From the NCBI GenBank assembly GCA_950097015.1, contig CATNEN010000034.1, forward strand, positions 434,001 to 498,000: 64,000 bases of DNA. Reading direction: 5' to 3'. The translations under genes and the position numbers were made by a program. The notes below the pieces were generated by a model. That model worked only from the letters and a program-made list of their open reading frames with translations, was not told the DNA's origin and searched no databases. The DNA is from Macrostomum hystrix. Its lineage: Eukaryota; Animalia; Platyhelminthes. Numbering within the stretch: the first letter of the stretch is position 1; each line of letters begins with the position of its first letter. Shown piece after piece: positions 1 to 11,507 of this stretch.

Positions 1-470
1 CTTCTCGAAGTATAGCTACAGAAGTCATAAGAAGCCTAAATATAGGTCCTGATAAACGGGACCGACCTCTGTTCCTGCCCGCAGTTGTGGCTCCGGCTAT
101 AATCTCTCCCCTCTCCTCTCAGCCCGAATGGGTGGGAGAACTATTTTCGGTCCTTTCCGGCCTCTCTTCCCCTCTCGCCCTGAAAGAGCTGGGGCTAAAA
201 TGCACAAATAGCTAGGGGAACGTGTGCGAGGGAGAGACTGGGAGAGGATCGGATCTGGATTGGACCGAACATTGGAGCGAGCGGACACTGCATAGTGACC
301 AATGCACCAATTGCTTTGAACTAAATGCTGCCTTATAAGTATTACTATCGAATTATTCACTATTCAATATAGCATTAGTGTGATACGCAGACTATGCGCA
401 GATGAATTTTGTCTATTACTAGATCCTGCGGGCATCTGCATCCTGTCTGTTTCCTCTCTTGATCCATGCA

Positions 471-722
471 CTGCAGCAGCAGCAGCACCAGCACCAGCAC
501 CAGCACCAGCACCAGCACCAGCACCAGCACCAGCACCAGCAGCACCAGCACCAGCACCAGCAGCACCAGCACCAGCACCAGCACCAGCACCAGCAGCACC
601 AGCACCAGCACCAGCACCAGCACCAGCACCAGCACCAGCAGCAGCACCAGCACCAGCACCAGCACCAGCACCAGCACCAGCACCAGCACCAGCACCAGCA
701 CCAGCACCAGCATCAGCAGCAG
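471..722. repeat. (CAGCAC)n hexamer microsatellite with CAG interruptions
   Basis: Direct reading: accagc repeated about 40 times; explains the poly-AP, poly-QH and poly-ST ORFs. Confidence 0.95.
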
Positions 723-801
723 CCAACTTTGGTTGTACTTCGACTTTCATTCTCTCTCTCTCTCTATGATCTGTCCCATGCAGCGTCTGCGCAGAACATA
801 C

Positions 802-935
802 CAAAAGTACATTAGCACCACAGCTTCACAGCTGCGGCTTTTGTAGGCCAACGTACAAACGTTACAGCGCTTGTAGGGCGAAATGGCTACTGCCCAACTA
901 ATAGTGTAATTTTGCAAATGCGCCGGCGAGAGTAA
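802..935 (-). CDS. Candidate exon of unidentified minus-strand gene (LLSPAHLQNYTISWAVAISPYKRCNVCTLAYKSRSCEAVVLMYF)
   Basis: ttttag acceptor and TG|gtatgt donor; open frame; phase 0 start fits the exon at 1827-2079. Codon usage is less GC-rich than the other genes, so uncertain. Confidence 0.3.
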
Positions 936-1290
936 CTAAAATTGCGCAAATAGTGCTGGAGCCTGCAGATTGGATTTGCTATTGTAGGAGGAGCTGAATA
1001 ATTATCCCAAAAACGAATGAGGACAAAACTTGAATTGCCACATCTACTAGTAGTACAGTCCTGTAAGTGCGTGTGAACGAGGTCAAACTGGAATTTTTCT
1101 CTAGAAAAAGCTGCACAGATGAGAGCGACATTAGATTGATGTATGGGGAGAGATCAGAAAGAAATCAGAAAGATCTTCATTCAAGGAATACCATAGAAAT
1201 ATGATAGATCAGATTCATTAGACAGACTAGGAGATAGATAGATTAAATGCAGTTTATTAAAGAGATTATATAGAGAATTATTATTAAAGA

Positions 1291-1650
1291 GAGAGATCTG
1301 ATAGATTAGAGTGAGATCTAATAGATTAGCGTGAGATCTAATAGATTAGAGTGAGATCTAATAGATTAGAGTGAGATCTAATAGATTAGAGTGAGATCTA
1401 ATAGATTAGAGTGAGATCTAATAGATTAGAGTGAGATCTAATAGATTAGAGTGAGATCCAATAGATTAGAGTGAGATATAATAGATTAGAGTGAGATCTA
1501 ATAGATTAGCGTGAGATCCAATAGATTAGAGTGAGATCCAATAGATTAGAGTGAGATCTAATAGATTAGAGTGAGATCCAATAGATTAGAGTGAGATCCA
1601 ATAGATTAGAGTGAGATCCAATAGATTAGAGTCAGATCTAATAGATTAGA
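1291..1650. repeat. 20-bp minisatellite GAGTGAGATCTAATAGATTA
   Basis: About 17-18 near-identical copies; the unit contains AGATCT and ATCTA-A-TAGAT palindromes. Confidence 0.95.
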
Positions 1651-1826
1651 TAGGGATCATATAGATTAGATATATAGAGATCTTGCAGTTTAGGAAGAGA
1701 TCTAATAGAGATAATGCAGAGAAAAGCATTCAGAGAGATGCAGAGAGAACTGGATAGAGACTGGCTTGAGAGGGGCATTGTTTTGTGCTGCAGACTCACA
1801 TCGCCTGCCTGGTGAGAGTGACTCAC

Positions 1827-2079
1827 CACAAGATCGGTCAATTCGTCCGAGTCAACCGGAGCAGCCTTGACCGCCTCAGCGACCGCGGCAGACACCGAGC
1901 CAGCTTTGTTGTCAGAGAAACCGGTCTGGTGACACGGGCACAGCGACCACAGACCCGACACTGGACGGCGGGTTCGCTTCGCTGATGCGGCTGCACAGTC
2001 CGATGACGGCAGCTGATTGTCCGCCATCTCCAGGTGCTGACGAAGGATCACCGTCAGCTCGGAGAGGCGTCGGATGCGT
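1827..2079 (-). CDS. Candidate exon of unidentified minus-strand gene (RIRRLSELTVILRQHLEMAD...DELTDLV)
   Basis: Strong polypyrimidine acceptor (cctttttttctctccgtcatcag); GTG|gtgagt donor, with an alternative in-frame gtgagt donor 27 nt further on (exon end 1800); GC-rich open frame within ORF 1638..2114. Confidence 0.55.
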
Positions 2080-2174
2080 CTGATGACGGAGAGAAAAAAA
2101 GGAAAGGCTGACACTTTGTGGGAGGTCGGTTACACTTCAGAATAGGGTTTGACTATCCTGATTGTCCGTTAGAC

Positions 2175-3048
2175 TTTAGGATGATGGAGGCGGAGCTCAG
2201 GGGAAGTCCGTTACACTTCAGGATGGTGAAGGTGTAGCTCAGGGGGAGGTCAGACTTCAGGAAGATAGAGGCGGAGCTCAGGGGGGAAGTCCGTTAGACT
2301 TCAGGATGATAGAGGCGGAGCTCAGGGGGAAGTCCGTTAGACTTCAGGATGATAGAGGCGGAGCTCAGGGGAAGTCCGTTACACTTCAGGATGGTGAAGG
2401 TGTAGCTCAGGGGGGGTCAGACTTCAGGAAGATAGAGGCGGAGCTCAGGGGGAAGTCCGTTAGACTTAAGGATGATAGAGGCGGAGCTCAGGGGGAAGTC
2501 CGTTAGACTTCAGGATGATGGAGGCGGAGCTCTGGGGTAGGTCAGAGTTCAGGAGGCGGAGCTCAGGGGAAAGTCAGACTTCAGGATGATGGGGCTGAGC
2601 TCAGGGGGAAGTCCGTTAGACTTCAGAATGATAGAGGCGGAGCTCAGGGGGAAGTCCGTTAGACTTCAGGATGATGGAGGCGGAGCTCTGGGGTAGGTCA
2701 GACTTCAGGAGGCGGAGCTCAGGGGAAAGTCAGACTTCAGGATGATAGAGGCGGAGCTCAGGGGGAAGTCCGTTAGACTTCAGGATGATAGAGGCGGAGC
2801 TCAGGGGAAGTCCGTTACACTTCAGGATGGTGAAGGTGTAGCTCAGGGGGGGGTCAGACTTCAGGAAGATAGAGGCGGAGCTCAGGGGGAAGTCCGTTAG
2901 ACTTAAGGATGATAGAGGCGGAGCTCAGGGGGAAGTCCGTTAGACTTCAGGATGATGGAGGCGGAGCTCTGGGGTAGGTCAGAGTTCAGGAGGCGGAGCT
3001 CAGGGGAAAGTCAGACTTCAGGATGATGGGGCTGAGCTCAGGGGGGGT
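2175..3048. repeat. About 43-bp degenerate minisatellite (CTTCAGGATGATAGAGGCGGAGCTCAGGGGGAAGTCCGTTAGA) with higher-order duplication
   Basis: Repeated GAGGCGGAGCTCAGGGG core; the block at about 2299-2607 recurs at about 2739-3048. Confidence 0.9.
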
Positions 3049-3296
3049 CTGTGGGCGTTCAGAAAATCCCAAGCGGCCCTCCAGTTTCCTAGAAATTCGG
3101 CGCACATGTCAATCAGTCCAGGATCCGCTAGTCCGCTATCCGATAGCGCCGGAGCTGAAAATTGAAAGGAAAAACAGGGTCAACAATGCGCCGTGCAGTT
3201 CAGTAAGGAGAAGAAGGAAAAGGAGACGGAGAGCGACTGCGCAAATGCCGCAGCTAAAAGTACAGCGAGGGTTTCCACGCAGCTCCTGGAACTTAC

Positions 3297-3347
3297 AGCC
3301 AGCCTGCGCGCCAGTCTTGTCCAGCCACTGGCAGATGGCGATCGCCT
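3297..3347 (-). CDS. Candidate 51-nt exon of unidentified minus-strand gene (GDRHLPVAGQDWRAGW in phase 2)
   Basis: tcattccgcag acceptor and GGCT|gtaagt donor; symmetric length keeps frame with the exon ending at 2079. Confidence 0.45.
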
Positions 3348-3686
3348 CTGCGGAATGATTGAAGCGCTTGGCGACTAAATTCAATGGAATGCGGCTTAGG
3401 GTTCTGCTAGTAATGCTATTTTATTATAGCCTTCGCGTACACTACTGCAAGTAGGCTGGTGGCATTTTACTGTATTTTCGCATCTCGCTGTAGCGAGTAT
3501 CAGACAAACATGGCAAAACAGAGTAGGGCACTGGGCAGGGTGAACGAGAGGGTGAGTGAAAGATAAACTAAGGGACTAGACTGTGTGGTAGTGAGCAGAG
3601 CACAAAAATACGGAGAGTGACAGACTAGTCAAACTGGTCAATAATGAAATAACCAAAAACAAAGATGATTGATAGTGAAGTGTGGC

Positions 3687-4362
3687 AGACAAACATCAGT
3701 GAGGCAGGTGAGAGTGACAGACAAACATCAGTGAGGCAGGTGAGAGTGAGAGACAAACATCAGTGAGGCAGGTGAGAGTGACAGACAAACATCAGTGAGG
3801 CAGGTGAGAGTGAGAGACAAACATCAGTGAGGCAGGTGAGAGTGACAGACAAACATCAGTGAGGCAGGTGAGAGTGAGAGACAAACATCAGTGAGGCAGG
3901 TGAGAGTGACAGACAAACATCAGTGAGGCAGGTGAGAGTGACAGACAAACATCAGTGAGGCAGGTGAGAGTGAGAGACAAACATCAGTGAGGCAGGTGAG
4001 AGTGACAGACAAACATCAGTGAGGCAGGTGAGAGTGAGAGACAAACATCAGTGAGGCAGGTGAGAGTGACAGACAAACATCAGTGAGGCAGGTGAGAGTG
4101 AGAGACAAACATCAGTGAGGCAGGTGAGAGTGACAGACAAACATCAGTGAGGCAGGTGAGAGTGACAGACAAACATCAGTGAGGCAGGTGAGAGTGACAG
4201 ACAAACATCAGTGAGGCAGGTGAGAGGGAGAGACAAACATCAGTGAGGCAGGTGAGAGTGACAGACAAACATCAGTGAGGCAGGTTAGAGTGAGAGACAA
4301 ACATCAGTGAGGCAGGTGAGAGTGACAGACAAACATCAGTGAGGTTGGTGAGAGTGACAGAC
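3687..4362. repeat. 32-bp minisatellite AGACAAACATCAGTGAGGCAGGTGAGAGTGAC
   Basis: About 21 copies with alternating gac/gag variants. Confidence 0.95.
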
Positions 4363-4769
4363 AGTGAATGAAGGCTGCTAGACCGGGACATCAAGTTGAA
4401 ACAGATTGACAGACGGAGGGAAAGTGAAAGGGACAGGGAGTGAAAACAACGAAAGTTGAGTCAAAATGACTCAGAAAGCAGGTTCAATAAGGCAACAAAA
4501 GGGAAATGAAGAACAAACTCAAAGCAATATTTAATTGTTAAGCTTTCAATAAGAGAAGGGCTGCGGCTGCCTCACACAGACAGGCCGGCAAACAATGGGC
4601 AGGCAAAACAGGAAACAAGAAACGCGTCTCTGTTTGATGTCTGCTGCCGTCACCACCCCAGCCTCACAACAGCCTCACAACAGCCAGGCACCCTGTGTGA
4701 ACAGCTGAATCAGCAACTGCAGTTTTCTTTAAAAAGTAACTTTAAAATGCCGTTTGCATTCGCTTGAAT

Positions 4770-5312
4770 GAGACTGAGTCTGAGGGACAGATTGAGGGAC
4801 AACCTGAAGGACAGACTGAGTCTGATGGTCAGACTGAGGGACAAACTGAAGGACAGACTGAGCGACAGACTGAGGGACAGACTGAGTCTGATGGTCAGAC
4901 TGAGGGACAAACTGAAGGACAGACTGAGCGACAGACTGAGGGACAGACTGAGTCTGATGGTCAGACTGAGGGACAAACTGAAGGACAGACTGAGCGACAG
5001 ACTGAGGGACAGACTGAGGGACAGACTGAGGGACAGACTGAGGGACAGACTGAGGGACAGACTGAGGGACAGACTGAGGGACAGACTGAGGGACAGACTG
5101 AGGGACAGACTGAGGGACAGACTGAGGGACAGACTGAGGGACAGACTGAGGGACAGACTGAAGGACAGACTGAGGGACAGACTGAGGGACAGACTGAGCA
5201 GCAGACTGAGCAGCAGACTGAGGGACAGACTGAGCAGCAGACTGAGGGACAGACTGAGGGACAGACTGAGCAGCAGACTGAGGGACAGACTGAGGGACAG
5301 ACTGAGGGACAG
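4770..5312. repeat. 12-bp minisatellite GACTGAGGGACA with 66-bp higher-order units at the left end
   Basis: Direct reading; explains the EGQT, RLRD and SVPQ ORFs. Confidence 0.95.
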
Positions 5313-5376
5313 CAATAAGGAATAAAAGCAATTGAAAGCAAGTAATAAAGCAGTGTGAAACTCAAATGAGGCTCAC

Positions 5377-5515
5377 CGTTAATGTATTTGCAGGTGGGAT
5401 AAAAGTCGGCCTGCTGCTGCTGCTGCTGCTGGTCGAGAGGATCGAAGCCAGCGTCCTGCAAAATCCGGCTGAAACGAGGATTTGACAGCCGATGCAAATC
5501 TGCCTGGGACAACAT
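5377..5515 (-). CDS. Candidate 5' coding exon of unidentified minus-strand gene (MLSQADLHRLSNPRFSRILQDAGFDPLDQQQQQQQADFYPTCKYIN)
   Basis: GCC-ATG start context, polyQ tract, ACG|gtgagc donor. The tttacag acceptor 5 nt upstream (5520) would join in frame to a possible exon at 6609-6639 (MATSPHISAP, CAG|gtgagt). Confidence 0.5.
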
Positions 5516-5987
5516 GGCCGCTGTAAAGTGTGCCTAGAAAAGCTCAGCTTTTTCTGCCAAAACAAGACGTTTCTGTTTCTTTTTTAGCTCGTAAACTCCT
5601 TCTCTTTTGCTTTTGTCCGGGCGTCACGATTAGTAGCGAAATACTTTTCCTTTCTGCTCAAACAAGTCTTTCTCAACGCGCCCCTCCTGCCCCGAAACCA
5701 CGTGCTAGCTATGAGGGAATGCAGCTTATAGGGCGAACTCTTGAGGCACAAATAGAAGGCTGGAATTTGAGCGCGTCATGCTACTATTAACAGAGACGCG
5801 CAAGTGGTTGCTAATGGCAACGGCCAATCAGAGGCCGCTGTTAAGGGGCGCGGCTGCACAGGCGGAGCACACTAGCGTCTAGCCGCTGTCGCCACTGCAT
5901 TCTCTCTCTCAACTTTCTTAGCATTCTTCCGGCCGCCTTGGGACGGGCGCGCTCCAGGACTTCCGTCTAAACTAACTCAACAATAAT

Positions 5988-6140
5988 CCCTCAGCCATGC
6001 TCTCACAATCCCACAGCCATGCTCTCACAATCACTCAGCTCCGCTCTCACAATCCCTCAGCCATGCTCTCACAATCCCACAGCCATGCTCTCACAATCCC
6101 ACAGCCATGCTCTCACAATCCCTCAGCCCCGCACTAACAA
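5988..6140. repeat. 22-bp short tandem repeat CTCTCACAATCCCACAGCCATG
   Basis: About 6-7 degenerate copies. Confidence 0.85.
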
Positions 6141-6984
6141 TCCCTCATACTTTGCAGGATATTGCCACAATCGTGTATTTGACGCAATAAGGCAGCACAG
6201 ATGTATAAATGCGATCGTTATAAAACTTATAAGGTATCTTTTAAATGCCTATGCACCGCAAGGGTACATGTCTCTACGTTTGTCACTTAAATATTCGTTA
6301 AAAGAAATTTTTTTTTAATTTTCTGAATTTTACTTTTCCTGTCTAGCTCACATGAGTAGTTTTTGCCACCAGCAATAGCAACCCCGGCCTCTCTACATTC
6401 ACTAAGTCGCCTAAATAAACATCTCGCGTATAAAAAATAATTTTACAGCGTGGTCACACGATGCGTGCGATAAACCAAAGGCATAAATTAGCCCTGTTTT
6501 CCATTGTTCCATTTTTTCTCTCTAGCTGCGACTGCTCTTACTGGAGAGCCCTTTCTTCATTTTTTCTGTCCTTCTTCTTCTTCTAGGAGCAAAGCAGACG
6601 TGACTCACCTGGGGCTGAAATATGCGGGGAAGTAGCCATGGCCAGTAGAGCTCATTCCTACCTGAGGCGGACTTATCCTAGCACGCTGCAGCACGTCTAG
6701 ATGGACTCAAAGCCTGAGTACTATCGGCTTTTTTGTAACCATTCGCGTTACACTAAAAATACCTTTGCCTGTCGTATTACGCGACTTGCGAAGCGGCGAA
6801 CAAGAGTTATATGAAATATGATATTTTTTTCAGCACATTGAAACGGGGCCAGATTTTTTTAGTTTTTTTTCCCGCCACTCAGTGTTGCTTTGCTAAACCT
6901 TCTTAAAGAGAATTGCTTTTGCGAAATGCTATTCGTGTTCTGGGGGGTCGATTTTTGAGGCTGGCTTTTCGGTTGCCGAATTAG

Positions 6985-8868
6985 ACCAGTCGGTTGTCTC
7001 ATTTATCCTGTTGGTTGTCTATTTTATCCAGTCGGTTGTCTAATTTATCCAGTCGGTTGTCTAATTTATCCAGTCGGTTGTCTAATTTATCCAGTCGGTT
7101 GTCTATTTTATCCAGTCGGTTGTCATTAAAGTCAGTTGTCTATTTTATCCAGTCGGTTGTCTATTTTATCCAGTTGGTTGTCTAATTTATCCAGTCGGTT
7201 GTCTAATTTATCCAGTCGGTTGTCTAATTTATCCAGTCGGTTGTCTAATTTATCCAGTCGGTTGTCAAATTTATCCAGTCGGTTGTCAAATTTATCCAGT
7301 CGGTTGTCTAATTTATCCAGTCGGTTGTCTAATTTATCCAGTCGGTTGTCTAATTTATCCAGTCGGTTGTCTAATTTATCCAGTCGGTTGTCATTAAAGT
7401 CAGTTGTCTATTTTATCCAGTCGGTTGTCTAATTTATCCAGTCGGTTGTCTAATTTATCCAGTCGGTTGTCTAATTTATCCAGTCGGTTGTCTAATTTAT
7501 CCAGTCGGTTGTCTAATTTATCCAGTCGGTTGTCTAATTTATCCAGTCGGTTGTCTAATTTATCTAGTCGGTTGTCTAATTTATCCAGTCGGTTGTCTAA
7601 TTTATCTAGTCGGTTGTCTAATTTATCCAGTCGGTTGTCTAATTTATCCAGTCGGTTGTCTAATTTATCCAGTCGGTTGTCTAATTTATCCAGTTGGTTG
7701 TCTATTTTATCCAGTCGGTTGTCTATTTTATCCAGTCGGTTGTCTAATTTATCCAGTCGGTTGTCCAATTTATCCAGTCGGTTGTCTCATTTATCCTGTT
7801 GGTTGTCTAATTTATCCAGTCGGTTGTCTAATTTATCCAGTCGGTTGTCTAATTTATCTAGTCGGTTGTCTAATTTATACAGTCGGTTGTCTAATGTATC
7901 CAGTCGGTTGTCTATTTTATCCAGTCGGTTGTCTATTTTATCCAGTCGGTTGTCTATTTTATCCAGTCGGTTGTCTAATTTATCCAGTCGGTTGTCTAAT
8001 TTATCCAGTTGGTTGTCTATTTTATCCAGTCGGTTGTCTATTTTATCCAGTCGGTTGTCTAATTTATCCAGTCGGTTATCCAATTTATCCAGTCGGTTGT
8101 CTAATTTATCCAGTCGGTTGTCTAATTTATCCAGTCGGTTGTCTATTTTATCCAGTCGGTTGTCTAATTTATCCAGTCGGTTGTCTAATTTATCCAGTCG
8201 GTTGTCTATTTTATCCAGTCGGTTGTCTAATTTATCCAGTCGGTTGTCCAATTTATCAAGTCGGTTGTCTAATTTATCCTGTTGGTTGTCTAATTTATCC
8301 AGTCGGTTGTCTAATTTATCCAGTCGGTTGTCTAATTTATCCAGTTGGTTGTCTAATTTATCCAGTTGGTTGTCTATTTTATCCAGTCGGTTGTCTATTT
8401 TATCCAGTCGGTTGTCTATTTTATCCAGTCGGTTATCCAATTTATCCAGTCGGTTGTCTAATTTATCCAGTCGGTTGTCTAATTTATCCAGTCGGTTGTC
8501 TATTTTATCCAGTCGGTTGTCTAATTTATCCAGTCGGTTGTCTCTTTATCCTGTTAGTTGTCTAATTTATCCTGTTGGTTGTCTAATTTATCCTGTTGGT
8601 TGTCTAATTTATCCTGTTGGTTGTCTAATTTATCCTGTTGGTTGTCTAATTTATCCAGTCGGTTGTCTAATTTATCCAGTCGGTTGTCTATTTTATCCAG
8701 TTGGTTGTCTATTTTATCCAGTCGGTTGTCTATTTTATCCAGTCGGTTGTCTAATTTATCCAGTCGGTTGTCTAATTTATCCTGTTGGTTGTCTAATTTA
8801 TCCTGTTGGTTGTCTAATTTATCCTGTTGGTTGTCTAATTTATCTACTCGGTTGTCGAGTTCAAAAAG
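6985..8868. repeat. 21-bp minisatellite ATCCAGTCGGTTGTCTAATTT
   Basis: About 90 copies; the same interruption (gtcattaaagtcag) appears near 7123 and 7391. Confidence 0.97.
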
Positions 8869-9192
8869 GTCTGAAATTTTCATTTCCGAATTTTCGCTTA
8901 CGGCTGCCGAATTTACGTTGTCAGTTACCGAATTTTTCCTGATTGAGCACAAATTGTGAAAATAGGAATCTGTGGTGCATGTGAAATTCTTTAATATTGA
9001 ATATCTTTCATTTCTCCTAATATTGAATTACTCGTGTCCACTGGAATACACGCCAATTATCCTGTCAATGCCGGCTCTGGTTTGTAACCTTACCTACCTG
9101 ACCTAGAGACAAAACTAGCCTTAAATTCCCTTTCGCAATCGGTTTCTCACTGTCAGAGGCTCGGCCAGTGAAAAATACGAACCCAACCCGGC

Positions 9193-9399
9193 ATGCAGCA
9201 GCTCACAGCGGCTGACGAATCCTCCGAGGAGCAGCCGCTGCGGCCTCCGAGCTTCCGCCAGGAGTTCAGGGCATTGTGGCGGCTGGCTTGGCCCGCTGTG
9301 CTCACCACCCTGCTCCAGTTCCTGCTGCAGTCTGTCAGCCTGGCCATGTGCGGTCACCTCTCCAAGGAGGACCTGGACGCTGCCACTCTGGCTTGCAGC
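9193..9399 (+). CDS. SLC47A: MATE (SLC47-family) multidrug and toxin extrusion transporter, exon 1 of 7
   Basis: EFRALWRLAWPAVLTTLLQFL...MCGHLSKEDLDAATLACS matches the MATE1 N-terminus (LAGP...FCGHLG..ELDAVTLA); AGC|gtgagc donor, phase 0. Confidence 0.92.
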
Positions 9400-9424
9400 G
9401 TGAGCAGCCTGCTCTGGGAGATAT

Positions 9425-10140
9425 ACTAGAAATCACCGCTGTATAATACAACACATGGGCTAGACTAGCAATCCACCGCTGTATAATACAACACATGGGC
9501 CAGATTAGCAATCCACTCGATTCCCACACCAACGGGCTAGACTAGCAATCCACTGGGTTATCGTACCAATGGGCTAGACTAGCAATCCACTGGATTATCG
9601 CACCAATGGGCTAAACTATCAATCCACTCGATTCCCACACCAACGGGCTAGACTAGCAATCCACTGGATTATCGCACCAATGGGCTAGACTAGCAATCCA
9701 CTGGGTTATCGCACCAATGGGCTAGACTGGCAATCCACTGGGTTATCGCACCAATGGGCTAGACTAGCAATCCACTGGATTATCGCACCAATGGGCTAGA
9801 CTATCAATCCACTCGATTGTCACTCCAACGGGCTAGACTATCAATCCACTCGATTGTCACTCCAACGGGCTAGACTATCAATCCACTCGATTGTCACTCC
9901 AACGGGCTAGACTATCAATCCACTCGATTGTCACACCAACGGGCTAGACTAGCAATCCACTCGATTGTCACACCAACGGGCTAGACTAGCAATCCACTCG
10001 ATTGTCACACCAACGGGCTAGACTAGCAATCCACTCGATTGTCACACCAACGGGCTAGACTAGCAATCCACTCGATTGTCACACCAACGGGCTAGACTAG
10101 CAATCCACTCGATTGTCACACCAACGGGCTAGCAATCCAC
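9425..10140. repeat. 37-bp minisatellite GGGCTAGACTAGCAATCCACTCGATTGTCACACCAAC filling MATE intron 1
   Basis: About 19 copies with sectored variants; ends about 14 nt before the acceptor. Confidence 0.93.
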
Positions 10141-10154
10141 CCTGGCGCCCGCAG

Positions 10155-10272
10155 CTCATCAACGTTGCCGGCATCGGCATCGGGGTCGGCATGTCCACAG
10201 CCTGCGACACATTCTTCTCGCAGACATTCGGCAGTCCCAACAAGAAGCGGGTCGGCATTCACCTTCAGAGAA
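10155..10272 (+). CDS. SLC47A: MATE transporter exon 2 (LINVAGIGIGVGMSTACDTFFSQTFGSPNKKRVGIHLQR)
   Basis: cccgcag acceptor and A|gtgcgc donor; contains the MATE motif G.S.ACDT..SQ..G....VG..LQR. Confidence 0.92.
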
Positions 10273-10377
10273 GTGCGCGATGCGTGTGATTTAGAAATAG
10301 CAGATTGAACATAGAAAAATCAATACTGACTCTTATTGATAGTTTTGGATTACCGCCAAACCCTCTTGCTACTGCAG

Positions 10378-10520
10378 GCCTGCTTATTATGAACGTCTGC
10401 CTGGTTCCAATATTCTGCGTGATGCTCAACATTGAGAAGCTGCTCATCCTGATTGGCCAGGATAGACTAATTGCCGCTAAGGCCGCCGACTATCTGCTGC
10501 TTTTTCTGCCCGGTTTCTTT
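10378..10520 (+). CDS. SLC47A: MATE transporter exon 3 (SLLIMNVCLVPIFCVMLNIEKLLILIGQDRLIAAKAADYLLLFLPGFF)
   Basis: actgcag acceptor in phase 1 and TTT|gtaatt donor; contains the N.E.LL...GQD motif. Confidence 0.9.
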
Positions 10521-10694
10521 GTAATTTTTCGATACATGGTCTTAGAAATGATAAACTACTGTGGACATTTTCGTCAGTAGTTTTTTGGGGCATGGTTGTT
10601 TTTTTTAGGAAAAAAAATCTATTGTCAAAAATTCAATTCAACTCAATTCATGACTTCTCCTTTGCTAATTCCAAAGAAACTTTATTGAAGTCTT

Positions 10695-10975
10695 AGCTGG
10701 AATCGTAGCACGAACCGTACCTAGAATCGAAGCAGGAGCTGTAGCTGGAATCGTAGCAAAAGCCGTACCTACGACTAGAATCAGGATCTGTAGCTGGAAT
10801 CGTAGCAGGATCTGTTGCGGGAATCGTAGCAGGATCTGTTGCGGGAATCGTAGCAGGATCTGTTGCGGGAATCGTAGCAGGATCTGTTGCGGGAATCGTA
10901 GCAGGATCTGTTGCGGGAATCGTAGCAGGATCTTTTGCGGGAATCGTAGCAGGATCTGTTGCGGGAATCGTAGGA
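10695..10975. repeat. 24-bp minisatellite GAATCGTAGCAGGATCTGTTGCGG in MATE intron 3
   Basis: About 11 copies, degenerate at the left end. Confidence 0.9.
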
Positions 10976-11057
10976 GGAGGCGTTCCTAGAATCCTAAGCA
11001 AGGAAAATAACTTTATTAAAAAATATCCCCATCGCACTCCTACCAAAACTTGTCCAG

Positions 11058-11480
11058 TTCGACTTCAATTTCCTGGTTCTGTCGCGCTACCTGCAGAACC
11101 AGAACCTGGTGCTGCCACCAATGCTCTGCGCCCTGCTGGGTAACGGGTTTAACGCGGCCTCCCAGTACGCACTAATCTATTGGTACGGCCTGGGCTACAG
11201 GGCCTCAGCCGTCTGCCAGGCCGCCTCGCTGGGTCTGATGCTGGGCCTTCTGCTGGCCTATGTGCTCATGTCCGGCGTCTACTCGGACACCTGGCCTGGC
11301 TTCAGCCGGCAGGCTCTGTACGGTTGGGCCGGCTTTGTTCAGCTGGGCCTGGCCGGGGTGGCGCTGGTCGCTCTGGAGGAGTGGAGCTTCGAGATTGCCA
11401 CCTTGCTGGCCGGACTCATCTCCGACTCGCAGCTGGGCGCTCAGGGTGTCCTGTTCCAGCTGGAGGTCTGGACCTACATG
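11058..11480 (+). CDS. SLC47A: MATE transporter exon 4 (FDFNFLVLSRYLQNQNLVLPPM...ALEEWSFEIATLLAGLISDSQLGAQGVLFQLEVWTYM)
   Basis: tgtccag acceptor and ATG|gttagt donor; 141 codons; contains RYLQNQ, EEWSFE (MATE1 EWWAYE) and LGAQ motifs. Confidence 0.93.
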
Positions 11481-11507
11481 GTTAGTGCTCAGGGGCCTGT
11501 CATTGAC

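Noticed and set aside
364-846. Poly-AG/AP/QH/ST ORFs
   Set aside because: All frames are open simply because the CAGCAC hexamer has no stop codon; there is no domain context.
2080-2110. CTGATGA hammerhead-like cores (2080, 28045, 29245, 40950, 50794)
   Set aside because: None has a stem II followed by GAAA and closing stems.
3023-3378. Plus-strand ORFs near 3.0-3.4 kb
   Set aside because: Splice signals favour a minus-strand exon here; no recognisable motif on +.
9425-10140. CRISPR-like look (constant 20 nt plus variable 17 nt)
   Set aside because: The variable parts are homologous to each other and repeat; eukaryotic intron, no cas genes.
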